Shown here piece after piece: positions 38,062 through 49,097 of a stretch of DNA of 64,000 nt. Position numbers and translations under genes: made by a program. A model generated the notes under the pieces. The model was not told the DNA's origin. It saw nothing but the letters and a program-made list of their open reading frames with translations, and ran no database searches. The first letter of the stretch is position 1, and every line of letters begins with the position of its first letter. This DNA comes from Diadema antillarum. Its lineage: Eukaryota. Location: NCBI RefSeq assembly GCF_040938485.1, contig NW_027271406.1, positions 992,001 to 1,056,000 on the forward strand, written 5' to 3'.

Positions 38062-38727
38062 CTGGGTGTAAGAAAACAAAACAGAACAAAATAAAACAAC
38101 AACAAAGAAAACAGGGATGAGTTAGTGACCTCTGAATCAATTAGTCAATTGTCACAATGAATTCCTTTATGGTATTCAATAATTACACGAGTAATTGTTA
38201 AATGTTATCCAACACTGATATTTCATGGGTAGAAAATTACAAGCGTATGAAAAGTGACTGACCAAATTCATGTTTCTCAAAGAGCATAGAATTATCACAA
38301 TTTTACAGAACAGAACAGAAATATTTCATACGTATCAGATTTTCAGGTAACTATAAGCTAGCACTTATGACAAAGTCTATGGTACAGTTGTACCTTACTT
38401 TATCTATCTAAGAAATACAACCTTTATTCACTTCTGATGTGACAAATGCTTCTAGAACACAATGCACATAAAGAATGTCAGCAAACACGACACAAGCCCC
38501 AGGCCATATCTTGTAAACTGAAGTGTGGAACTTTTCAGACAAAAATCGCTGAAAGGTGCAAGTACAGTGAACACATGAGATGTGGTTGTAGCTTTACTTC
38601 TATTTACTAGTGAAATAACATCTGCACAGTAATGAGCTCATCCAAAGCTGCAGGCAGAGGCATGACTTTTAAATCCTTAACATTCACCGACATGACACCA
38701 TCGGAACAGTGTCGTGCAGAGACCCAC

Positions 38728-38880
38728 CTCGGAGGGAGTTTTTGCAGAGGATGCTGAGCTGCGAGATTTGGACTCCTTACTGGACGTTGGTGCAGTCTTC
38801 TTCACACCAGCACTACCCTTCCTCTCCTTCCCTGCTGAGCTGGGTCTGGGTACAGATGACTTCTCTGCTCCGCTTTTATC
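38728..38880 (-). CDS. NEK4: NEK4 exon 7
   Basis: tttatttccaag|DKSGAEKSSVPRPSSAGKERK...AKTPSE|gtgggt; phase 0 to 0. Confidence 0.78.
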
Positions 38881-39381
38881 CTTGGAAATAAAAAAATAAA
38901 TATCACTATTTCCCCCCTAAACACTTTTACATAAAGTTTTATCACTACAAAAATGTGCCTATAATGTGAAATCTTAAAACTCAGGTGTACACACACACAA
39001 AAAAAGAATTGTTGTAGAACTTTACTGGCAAACACTTGACACAGCAGCCTAGCATTTTATAATAATAATCAAATTTGCATGTGAAAGTCATATGCACAAG
39101 TGAATCTTATCTAAACTTCCTCATATTTGTATATCTTTTGCCAGATATAAGTTGACTTCTGATGCGGAAACTGTGATCCCAAAATTGTTCTATGACTATT
39201 GGAGGCAAACCTAATGTATGACAGGACAATTCATTAACCTGATGATATACCACTGATTTATGAATACAAACCTGTAGAGAGGGTATATATATTTTTTCTA
39301 TTTCTTCTTGTCTGAGTGACAGATACTTGTGTATTAATGAAATGTCGTCTACATATTGATTCATAATTATCAAATGATTAC

Positions 39382-39514
39382 CTTCTTCGCAGAAACCTCA
39401 GCAATGGCAGGCAAATCCCTGTTTGCCACTTCATTTTCTGTTGATGGCGGAGGAGTTTCGATTTCTTGAATTTCTGGCTTGGAGCCTCTTCTGCTTTCTG
39501 ATGTACTTGGTCTC
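39382..39514 (-). CDS. NEK4: NEK4 exon 6 (low-complexity linker)
   Basis: gacacag|(R)RPSTSESRRGSKPEIQEIETPPP...EVSAKK|gtaatc; open, phase 2 to 0. Confidence 0.8.
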
Positions 39515-40233
39515 CTGTGTCATCAAATCAAATGATTACAGTCAAACCAGCTACTGAAAAAGGCAAAGCTATGTGATGGGCAAAGATATCAGAATTATTA
39601 GAAATTCAAGATAAGTGATCACAGGATCTCTTCTAGTTGTACAATACGTATCTCCATTGATTGAATATGGATCAAGTACTGATCTATCTAAAACACATTT
39701 TACCTATACTCACACATCAAACAACACATACATTCTAAAGGTGGCTCAAATCTGAGAAACAATGGTCTATTGTCACAATATATCACATGATCAGGCCCTA
39801 TAATGTTTCTATTAAGAAGCATAGACCTTTAAACCCAAGCACTTCCATGCTAAACAAAAGCACACACACTAACACAAACTTTTGTAATAGATAATGTTAA
39901 ACAAATTCACAATTCTCTGTTTGCAGTAACCATTGCTCAAAAGTTTGACAGACATTTAAGAACAAAAATAGCTAATTTTCCTTTGATTCTTTTTTTTTTT
40001 TTGCTCAATAGCTTGCCTCACATCTTGTCAAAGGAGGTTCTCTGATATCTTTTCCCTTCATATGAACAAACTTTATAAAACAGATGCATGTTAAAGTTTG
40101 GTAAAGCTTCTGATTTTGGCATACTCCAGTCTCTTGCCATATAGACATGCCTTAGTCTATCATAGTCACATCTTCATTTCAACAAATCACAGGTTATTCA
40201 AATTCATGAATTTCTTCCGTCAAGAGGTTTTTA

Positions 40234-40406
40234 TGCAACTGATTGACAAATAGCCCTACATCGATGTAAATAAGCACTGCATTGATCAGTGTTTTAGCAG
40301 TAGCCATGATAAAAGAAATCATGGGCGTACGTGTTCGAGCAGGATTCGAACCTGCGACCTCCTGATTTATTTACGTCGATGTAGGGCAATTTGTCAATCA
40401 GTTACA
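40234..40406. mobile_element. Foldback element enclosing a tRNA/SINE T-arm fragment
   Basis: 37-bp IR (2 mismatches) at 40237-40273 and 40367-40403; the loop carries minus-strand GCAGGTTCGAATCCTGC. Confidence 0.7.
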
Positions 40407-40491
40407 AATCACAGGTTACACCTGCATCTTAGTTAATCAGCTGACCCATGGAGGTCAGCAAGACATGTTAAGAGTGTGTTGGTCCACAAAC

Positions 40492-40649
40492 CTGGCTCTT
40501 GTGCCCTCCAGGAAGATGGCGATGTGCTTCTTGATGTACGGGTTGCGCAGGAGGCGGGACACGCTGGGTCGCTTCTCTGGACTCTGGTTCAGCATGGCCT
40601 TGATCAGTTCGATGAGGTCTTGCCCATACTGATGGGGCATTGCTGGCAT
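40492..40649 (-). CDS. NEK4: NEK4 exon 5
   Basis: MPAMPHQYGQDLIELIKAMLNQSPEKRPSVSRLLRNPYIKKHIAIFLEGTRA|gtttgt; end of kinase domain; phase 0 to 2. Confidence 0.95.
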
Positions 40650-41175
40650 CTGCATTCAATCACACATTCATCAACGCTGCATCCATGATGCATCTGCACT
40701 AACTATCTGGAATGTGTTTGCAATAACACTGACCGGAAACCCAATGGTATTCTGATTGCTGACTTCACTGTACAAATCTTACAATTGGAAAAACATTTAT
40801 CTATCATGAGTGAACACATATGGCAATCAAATGAATTTGCAACTCTGGACTTCTCTGCATTCAAAGAAAACCATGAAGCAAATTGCACATTTGTTTTCTG
40901 GCCCTCATCTGTCATTTTTTTTTTCTTTTGTGCTCACTTGCTTGCTTGCTTTGCCTGATTTTAGAAGATGCATTACATAGCTTTCTACGCTTCATTAGCA
41001 AGAGTTATCTGAAGAAATCAACTGCTTAAATTTACTGCTCACAAAAATTTACAAAATTGTCAAAAGTGAATAAGCAAACAGAAATGTCTACATGTAGTTA
41101 CATTACATGATTAACGAGAGTGCAAAATAAAGGTCAGTCCTGAACTGATATTCACAGCATGAAGTATATAATTAC

Positions 41176-41283
41176 CTTTCCTCTGAGGATCTTGTAGACA
41201 AGAGAATTCATGTCCTTGGCATTGAAGGCATGTTTGAGAGTGGTCATCTCATACACACAGCACCCCAGGGCCCACACATCAGA
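41176..41283 (-). CDS. NEK4: NEK4 exon 4
   Basis: [36 protein letters not shown]|gtaatt. Confidence 0.97.
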
Positions 41284-41334
41284 CTGAAAGCAGAGAGAAA
41301 ACACGTCCCATAAAAACACTGGAGATTCGTCTAT

Positions 41335-41335
<1 letters not shown>

Positions 41336-41367
<32 letters not shown>
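41336..41367. repeat. (AC)n microsatellite
   Basis: Direct read; NEK4 intron 3. Confidence 0.9.
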
Positions 41368-41369
<2 letters not shown>

Positions 41370-41698
41370 TATAAACACTTGAAGACAACATAGCATTGGC
41401 CATGATCATTTCAATTCCATTTAACATTTGATATGTCATCGATGCAATTGATCGCCGTCATGCACTGCCTAATCTTATAAAGGTCTGAGGGGTTGGACAA
41501 GAATTTACGTCAAAAAGAAAATTGGCTTTCATAATTTCAAGAAATCAATGCATCAATGCAGCAAATTTTGAAGCAAAGAAAAAAAAAAAGCACACACTGA
41601 GAGAGATATAATGGTACATATAGAGGAAAAAAAGGAAAACAAACCACAGAACAATTATAGAATACACAAGATCTGATGGGCAAGGAAGTAACACTGAC

Positions 41699-41896
41699 CT
41701 TGTGATTATATGGCCTGTTGCTAAAGAGCTCTGGACTCATATAGTATGGTGTACCGATGAGAGTTGTCGCCATGTCATTGTTGCCTTCTAGCACTCTAGC
41801 TATGCCAAGGTCACCAACCTTGATGATCTTGCTCTTCGTCAGAAATATGTTCTGAGTTTTCAGGTCTCGATGGAGAATATTACGCTCATGCATGTA
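41699..41896 (-). CDS. NEK4: NEK4 exon 3
   Basis: YMHERNILHRDLKTQNIFL...KVGDLGIARVL...GTPYYMSPELFSNRPYNHK|gtcagt; HRD motif and the DLG (not DFG) motif typical of Nek4. Confidence 0.97.
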
Positions 41897-42096
41897 CTGC
41901 ATTGCAAAAGAAAAGGTGAGTAAATATTGTCAACCAAAACAAGCTAGTCACGAAGTATTCCATACAAAATTCAATTTGTCTATTTCTGTACAACTTCACA
42001 CACTAATCTTCAAAGACACATTTATGTCTGTACATTTGAGAGACAGCAAGATATGTGATGAGATTGTATATATGCTGACCACGGGATGCCATAATT

Positions 42097-42955
42097 GGCC
42101 GAATGCATAAACGCTAGCAATTGCTTGTGCTAGCCTTTTACTCGAATCCGTATGCATAAAAACAAGCAATTGCTTGCAAGCAGAAGCTTTTGCTAGCAAG
42201 CACAAGCTATTGCTTGCTGCCCGCAAGCAATTGCTTAGAGACCAAGCATTTGCTTAAAAACGTATGCATAAAACATACCATTTGCTTAGTTCTTGCTAGC
42301 AATTGCTTACGATTTTCCAAGCTCTGTAAAATGAGCTTGAGCTTTTGCTTAACCGGAACGTTCCCTTTCAAGTATCATTTTCATATTGATGAAAGAAAGA
42401 CCACACTTGTGAAGGAGTGGTATAAATCTACAAGAAATTACTCATAAGTAGTGTAAGAAACTTTTTCATTTCAACAACGGGAATGTCCAGTGGTTAGCAC
42501 GCAAAATGTGATGAAAAACAGGTAGGATGTCTGACTTCGGTGGAGAATGAGGAGACCTCTGTCCACGTGCGATCTGGCAGATCCGGGCTGCTGTAAGCTG
42601 CAGTGATGGGAATCAGCCAGTAATACGTGTGTTTGTGTATAGATGTGTGTGTATGTGTCTGTGTGTGCATTTCATAGCTCTTCTGCTATGTCAGAAAATG
42701 TGTCCACACACACATGCCCTTTCAAATACATGCTGCCACACTCGCCTTTGTTCTTGTGTTCGCACAGGCGTGACGTCCCTTTAGTTGAAAACGCAAGCAA
42801 TTGCTTGTGCGGGACAAGCAAAAGGTATTGGCATATGCAAAAGATTATGCATATGGATTTAAGCAATTGCTTGAGCTAGACCTTTTGCTAGACGAGCTTG
42901 TGCTTTTGCTTGAAGCAATTGCTTACAAGCAATTGCTTGTTTTATGCATTCGGCC
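42097..42955. mobile_element. 859-bp Harbinger-like element with subterminal palindrome arrays (NEK4 intron 2)
   Basis: GGCCGAATGCATAAA ... TTTATGCATTCGGCC|CAG; about a dozen exact or degenerate AAGCAATTGCTT palindromes clustered at both ends. Confidence 0.75.
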
Positions 42956-42988
42956 CAGTGAGCTAGAGGGAAAACTTGAATCGCTAAC

Positions 42989-43255
42989 CTGAAGAGCCAT
43001 GGCGATCTGGACGAACCACTCCACCACCTGTTTCTCCTCCAGCGGAGTGTCCTTCTGCTGCTTGAGACGCGTGTAGAGGTCTCCCCCGTCGCAGAAGCCC
43101 ATGACGATGTAGAGATAGCCCTCGTCACTCTCAAAGGAATCCTTGTAGGAGACGATGTTTGGGTGGCGCAGCTTGGACAGCAGCTTAGCCTCCTGCTCCG
43201 CAGCCTTCTTTTCTCGCTTGGAGGCATTGAGGAGCTCCATCTTCTTGATCACATA
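42989..43255 (-). CDS. NEK4: NEK4 exon 2
   Basis: YVIKKMELLNASKREKKAAEQEAKLLSKLRHPNIVSYKDSF...LYIVMGFCDGGDL...WFVQIAMALQ|gttagc. Confidence 0.97.
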
Positions 43256-43726
43256 CTGCAGAGATTTGTGAAAAGACTTGTTACGGTTCAGATTAGCCAT
43301 GGCTCAAGACTTCTCTCATCTATGCTCACCATTCATCAGAACTATTGTGTCGACTATCTGAAGCATACTCTCGCCCCACTTCATTCATTCATCGCAAAGA
43401 TCAGGGTGCTAACCTAGTGAAGTGATCCCCCTAACCACCCACACAAGAAAACAGGCAAATGATGCCAACTCTTCATGGTGCGCCCCAGGTGACTATTAAT
43501 AGTCAGCAAACGGTATCAACCAGGCACATTGTGCCATATGAATGAATGAATCAATCAATGCAGTCACAGGCTTTCTTAAATCTCTCTAGGTCAACTGGCT
43601 ATGTACAATCACATTCACTAACTTGACATTTAATGCTTTTTAACATCCTATGATGATTCCTCTAGACAATAAACTTATATGCGGAAGTATTTCAAGGACA
43701 ATCCTTGAAAGGATGAGCTGTAGTGT

Positions 43727-43993
43727 GGGAAGACACGCCCACACAGCGGGCGCTCATCAATATGCATGACATAATGCATACTTGATTCGCGCCATTATCT
43801 TAGCGCGCACTGCATGTTTTTTATTACTACACTGCAGTGCGCGCATTGTCACTCTTGTGCTGTGCAAATTATATGTAAACACGTTGTACTCGCTGGATGT
43901 AAACAACTTCTTGACCGTGACTTGCATTGGCATTGGAGCATTGGCTTCTTTATTAAATTTATAATTGTAATGCTTGTGTGGCCGTGTCTTCCC
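43727..43993. mobile_element. Old inverted-repeat element in NEK4 intron 1
   Basis: GGGAAGACACGCCCACAC (43727-43744) vs its near-complement at 43976-43993 (17/18); internal 12-bp hairpin GCGCGCACTGCA 43803-43844. Weaker similarity extends outward. Confidence 0.5.
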
Positions 43994-44393
43994 TTTGACG
44001 TAAGTTTCAGTAAATAACTTCTTGTGCATATAAAACTTTAGAGAAGACGGTTAGATACTCAGTGTAGCCAGTCATCAAATAAGCAGCAGTTTGTTGTTTG
44101 TTTGTTTTTTTTTTTTTGGGGGGGGGGTTTGAGAAAAAAAATCTACATTACAGGGTAATTGTTGCTGCATTGATAACAGTAAAACATATTCATTTCTTCA
44201 ACACAGAACAATAATAAGTGACCATATCAAACTAGATAAACAATGGAAAAATGTTACCACTTCAAAGACTTTCTGTGTGACATACAGATTTGTACATTTC
44301 CAACCTACAAAATATCCTATGTGCATTTAAAGTTGTAAAGCCATGACCACCGCCATTCATAACATTCATCCTATCTATGACACACATCCTCAC

Positions 44394-44486
44394 CTGTTTC
44401 TTGTCTTTCCTATGTTTGACCAGCCACACTTCTCCATAGCTCCCTTTGCCAACTACTTTCAGATGATCATAGAGTTCCAGTGACAT
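44394..44486 (-). CDS. NEK4: Serine/threonine kinase Nek4, coding exon 1 of 14
   Basis: MSLELYDHLKVVGKGSYGEVWLVKHRKDKKQ|gtgagg; Gly-rich loop. An acceptor at 44530-44531 implies a further upstream non-coding exon. The full model sums to 2130 nt. Confidence 0.93.
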
Positions 44487-45812
44487 GGTGCTGACATCTA
44501 GTTATCTCTCACGTGATACTCAAATCTTGCTGTTAAGAATAGAATGAAAATAAATGAACTACTAGTGATCATTAAATCATGTAATGTACAACAAAATATG
44601 TGTGGCATTTAAATGATGTAATGACATTCTATTCATCATGTAGGAACATCATAGATATCAACCTCTGGATGCTACTGCAAGACACACACTGACAGCACTG
44701 CTCCTTTTTCTTTTCTTTTTTTTTTTTGGTTTACTATTTTAAAGCTAAAGATCGAGTTTAAAAACATTCATGAGTTAATGAGTCTGGGTTTTCTATCAGC
44801 CTGGGTGAACTGAAAAATGCCACCCATTGTAAACAGTGTCCAGTTCTTAGAAAAAATGCATGGATGGTACCTGCATTGAGTGAACACACTGGCGCCCATG
44901 CTTCGGTGGGACACTGCACTAATAAAACTTGATTTTTGTCAAAGCAAACAAACAGAATTTTTTTCTTCTTGACTTTACACAATGGAAAGTGGAGATGTGT
45001 GTAAACATTAAATTTATTATCTTCTACTTCTTCTACTACTACTTCCGTACTCGACAACTAATCAATCACCGTGCAAACTTGCATTAGAGTGGCAACAATG
45101 TCAGTCCATATAAGATGGACGAGAAGTGAAGAGGAGGCCTCATCCTCTGGGCTGAGGGCCTCATGAGCACTCCATGTGTTCATGAGGGAGGGGTGTCCAA
45201 CATATCCACATCCTAACGTTTTTCTATCAATGCTACTCTTTGACTAGGACAATAGATACTTAAAATATCTCACAATTTGTCTGAAATTTTACTCACATGT
45301 TACTGTAAAGAAAATACTCTGAAATCACAAGCGCGCATTTAAAATGCAATTTGTGGTAGACATACACATTCCAACTGCCAAGATTAACCTGCTTTGAACA
45401 CGTGGGTTATTTTGACGCACTCAGTTGCTAGTTGAGCCGGGTTTAAAAACCAACACCCCTACCCTCTAATTGACGATACATGTGAAATGCACATATGGTA
45501 TAACTACACGCAGCCGCTGTCGCTTCGCAACAGCGGCTGCACGTCTACCACCTTCGTAAACGTTGTCATTTTCAGCGATGGGCGTACGTTTCATGAATAT
45601 CTATTAATTGTAGAAAACTAAAATATAAGGAATCTCCATAGTCTATGATATTCATTCAATAATCGGTAGGCGATTTTTTTTTTATTACATCAAAAACCCA
45701 CCGAAATCTGTAATCAAAACCAGGTCTAGTAAGCGTCCGTATTGCTTCACTCCTCATCTTCTGCGTGTTATTTGAATGACAATCATTCTCGTATACTACA
45801 ACATAGCGAGTC

Positions 45813-45848
45813 GGAGCGGAAGTGATGACCTTGTTGGAGCGGAAGTGA
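45813..45848. promoter_or_regulatory. Tandem ETS (GABP-like) sites in the NEK4/ASB13 divergent interval
   Basis: GGAGCGGAAGTGA at 45813-45825 and 45836-45848 (23-bp period) in a CpG-rich stretch; another ACTTCCGG at about 45964-45971. Confidence 0.55.
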
Positions 45849-47940
45849 CCCATGCAAAGGTAAAATCATGAGAGCAGCACGCGCGGAAATACATGTACGT
45901 AGCAGACGACAAGCTTTACGTAACACACAAAACGCACAGGCGTACATAAAATGCTACCTTGGTACTTCCGGTTGAGCGTTCGTGGTAGTTCATTGATTTT
46001 GTGAATCATCGCACAATCTACTCCGAAAAATTCTACAATAAGGTCTGGATACCAACAAAACACCAAATTCAACTCAACCATATCAGCAAAATATGATGTA
46101 GGTGGGTGGTAAAAATCATCTTACTGTTAAACAAAATAAAAGACATTTTATGTGATTTTCCCGTCTAAAGCAACGGTCGTTTAGTAATTAGTATAAGCAT
46201 GTCAGACTGCTGTGCTTCCCACAGCAGTCTGGTCAGGCTAATAATGGTAATGCTTTTCCAGTGTGCATTTACTTTATACTACACGAGTATGGTATCACGT
46301 CTGTTTTGCTATTGTTCTTGTTTATTATTGAGTTTTTCATTAATTCTAATATTTGGACATCTTTGAATTCCCAGTGAATAATGCAAACCACCCGGACTGA
46401 TCATCTTTTGTGCTAAACAAGGAACTCCCCAACTTCGGTTTCATCTCGAGACTACAGAACTAAACGTTACATGTATTCGTTAAATTACTTGTAATAGACC
46501 AGACATAAATTTACAATACATTTTTAAACTGAATGTACGGTATAAAGTGTAGGTTCCGCTCCACGCCCACCACGTCAGTTGGCTTTATTTATAGAACCTT
46601 GTCCGTCTACACCTGATAATGCTCCTAGTCCTAGTAATTAACAGCTAACTTGTTAGACAATCTAGCGTACGTAGCGTAAATTTACTGACTACTGACCAAA
46701 GAGATTATCTCTTTGCTGCTGACACTGTCGCGTCAGCAGCAAACCACACACATAACACATGTCATTGACATTGCCCACCACGCAATAGAAGTGCCTGTGG
46801 GTGGCTGTGCTGTGGCTGTGCATGCTGTGGGAGGAGGGACATCATTGATTTGGGAGGTGAAGATGAAAACCGCTTACTGTCACTACTGTTTTCGCACACC
46901 GATGAAAACTGCAACATGATCATTGGACAAAATACGGGATAATACTTACTATCAATCGACAGGCTTTCTAAAGACACCCCTTCCAGAACTATTTTGGGGA
47001 AAATCCCCTGTAATTTTGACGTTCCTTTGGCAACGATAAACGCTTCCAGGGTCGGGTCGGTCAACATCATCAGTCGGTCATAGCTCCTTTTCCTGCTACT
47101 TATTAAAAACGTCTCCCTCTATCGTTGACTCATGAAAACACCAAAACAAACCGATCGTCAAACCGGTACCCGTCAACGACCGAGACCGCAATCGCACTGG
47201 ACGAAAGAAAAAGCTCTTTCTTTCACTACATCAAGTCTGCCAATGTCTCTGGCTACATGACTAGTATCTGCTAGCTTTCTTAGGCCTTAACAAGATCAAG
47301 ATTATTCAATATCCTTAACCACATGTTGCAATATGCGGCAGAATTGTAAAGTTCGACCGTATAGCCAACCAAGTCCAAGGATTGCGTAATTGCATGTCGG
47401 CTCCAGCTCCAGCACCTGCACAGTAGCACCCCACACCCCCAGGCCAGCTTCGCTCCCATCCCCTGGTCCTGCACTATTATACTGTACAGTATAAAAGTAA
47501 AAGAGGTAAATTTACAGTTTTGTATGTATACTTGTCTTGACAGAGACAGCGTCCATTTCACTGCCACGTACAGCTAGCTGGTTTGTTATGATCAAAATGA
47601 TAATACTAATACATTTTTTGTATTCCAGATAGGATCTATAAATTTACATGCTGTCATTGTGACATTGATGTGGATCGAATGATGTGAATGTTGCAAAGAG
47701 GGCATTACGAGACTAAACTTTCTGTCTTTCCTGAAGCCCGACAAGACAGGTGAATAGGTGAATAAAGATCTCTTAGTCAAATTTACTTTTAAAAAGTGTT
47801 TCATTGTTTGGTTTGTTTTTTGCCTTTGACAAAGATCTAAATTCTTGCTATAATGCCTTGGCCTGGAATTGATTATGAAGTTATTAATCTATATATAATG
47901 ACAATTAATGATGTAGATCTAAATTAAAAGAAGATGAAAA

Positions 47941-48251
47941 CAGAGACTCCAACCCAAAGCACCTTCTGATCATCTGGAGATTTTCCCGCCTGAAACCCCT
48001 AGCAAACAGGAGACTCCAAGTTGATGTGTGCAAAGCGCGAATTTCCTAGGGTTCTAGATGCTCTCTGGTGCTCTAATCTAAGGCTTATTTTTTCAACATA
48101 CGATAGCAATTAAAGTAAGAAATCCTTTCCAACGGGAGACACAGAGCCAGGGTAGGAGAAATTAATTCTCAAGCGGGAGAACGAGAGATTTTGCAAAAAT
48201 GGGTTTTCGGCATGAGATCTCCCGTCGAAAACGGGACAGTTGGAGTCTCTG
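47941..48251. mobile_element. CAG-terminal (hAT-like) MITE with 6-bp flanking direct repeat
   Basis: TGAAAA|CAGAGACTCCAAC ... GTTGGAGTCTCTG|TGAAAA. Confidence 0.72.
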
Positions 48252-49042
48252 TGAAAAGAATTCCTCAAAATTGTTCTTTTGTGAAAATTACACATTCCTT
48301 CTACCTGTGAATACTGACATAAGCGTTATTATGTTAAGGATAATGCTGTTTCCCCTTTGCCTGCTGGAAAAGTGAAAATGTGCTGAATTCTTGTTATATT
48401 CTTGTCATATGTAAATACATGGCTTTACCAAATGTTGTAGTCTAAATTCTCATCCATTGATGATTCTGATAGCTCCAAATCTTAAAGAATTCCAAACTTT
48501 TCAAAAGACTGTCTGATTTTTATCGAACTTCCCCAATCATGCGTTCTGCTGGAATATATTGATGCACTCCCTCAATCCACATAGTTTGGGTTTCATTCTC
48601 CTCCAAGTTAGCAAGATGTGTCAGGATTTAATATGTTGCTGATGAAATGAAGCAGATGCAGATAGTATGTTATCAATGATATTGAATTTTGATGATATTT
48701 GAATTTGTTGCCCAAGTATATATGTAAAAATCAGTTATTATTGTCTATTTAATAGGCCTCATTGAGTTCAAACTATACTGAAATATCAGTTAGATTTGGG
48801 TGGAGGAATTTGCAATGCAGGGTCCAGGAGTAGCATTGTCTAGTTCCAAGTGAACCAAATAATGGTGTTTCAAGTGGCCTGGAGTCAATTGCCAAAAATC
48901 AATTTCTTTCTCTTTCTTCAGGTACAACCATCCATATATGCAGCAAGAATCCAGCCAGTACAAATACCTGTAGGTGCTTAAGCCAGTGATGCGAGATCTA
49001 GTAGTGTAAAGTCTTCATTGGACAGTGAACAGCTCAATTTCA

Positions 49043-49097
49043 ATGTCATTTCAACACGTTGTTGCCATGGCAAATACATACCTGCGGCGATATACTG
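49043..49097 (+). CDS. ASB13: Ankyrin repeat and SOCS box protein 13, probable first coding exon
   Basis: MSFQHVVAMANTYLRRYT(G)|gtaaga; in-frame TAA upstream at 49007-49009. A second ATG in gccATGg lies at 49067. Strong upstream acceptor at 48920-48921. Confidence 0.6.

Noticed and set aside
37880-38727. Identical GTGGGTCT starts of NEK4 introns 7 and 8 as evidence of intron duplication
   Set aside because: Identity stops at 8 nt, partly constrained by the donor consensus.
40325-40366. Intact tRNA gene
   Set aside because: Only the variable loop and T-arm are present; no D-arm, A-box or acceptor stem. The same applies to the remnants at 50291 and about 54400.
42097-42955. AAGCAATTGCTT arrays as a CRISPR-like repeat
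   Set aside because: Units are 12-bp palindromes with irregular short spacing inside a TIR element in a eukaryotic intron; no cas genes.
46762-47070. 102-aa minus-strand ORF in the NEK4/ASB13 interval
   Set aside because: No motif or splice partner recognised; GC-rich promoter-type DNA readily yields such ORFs.
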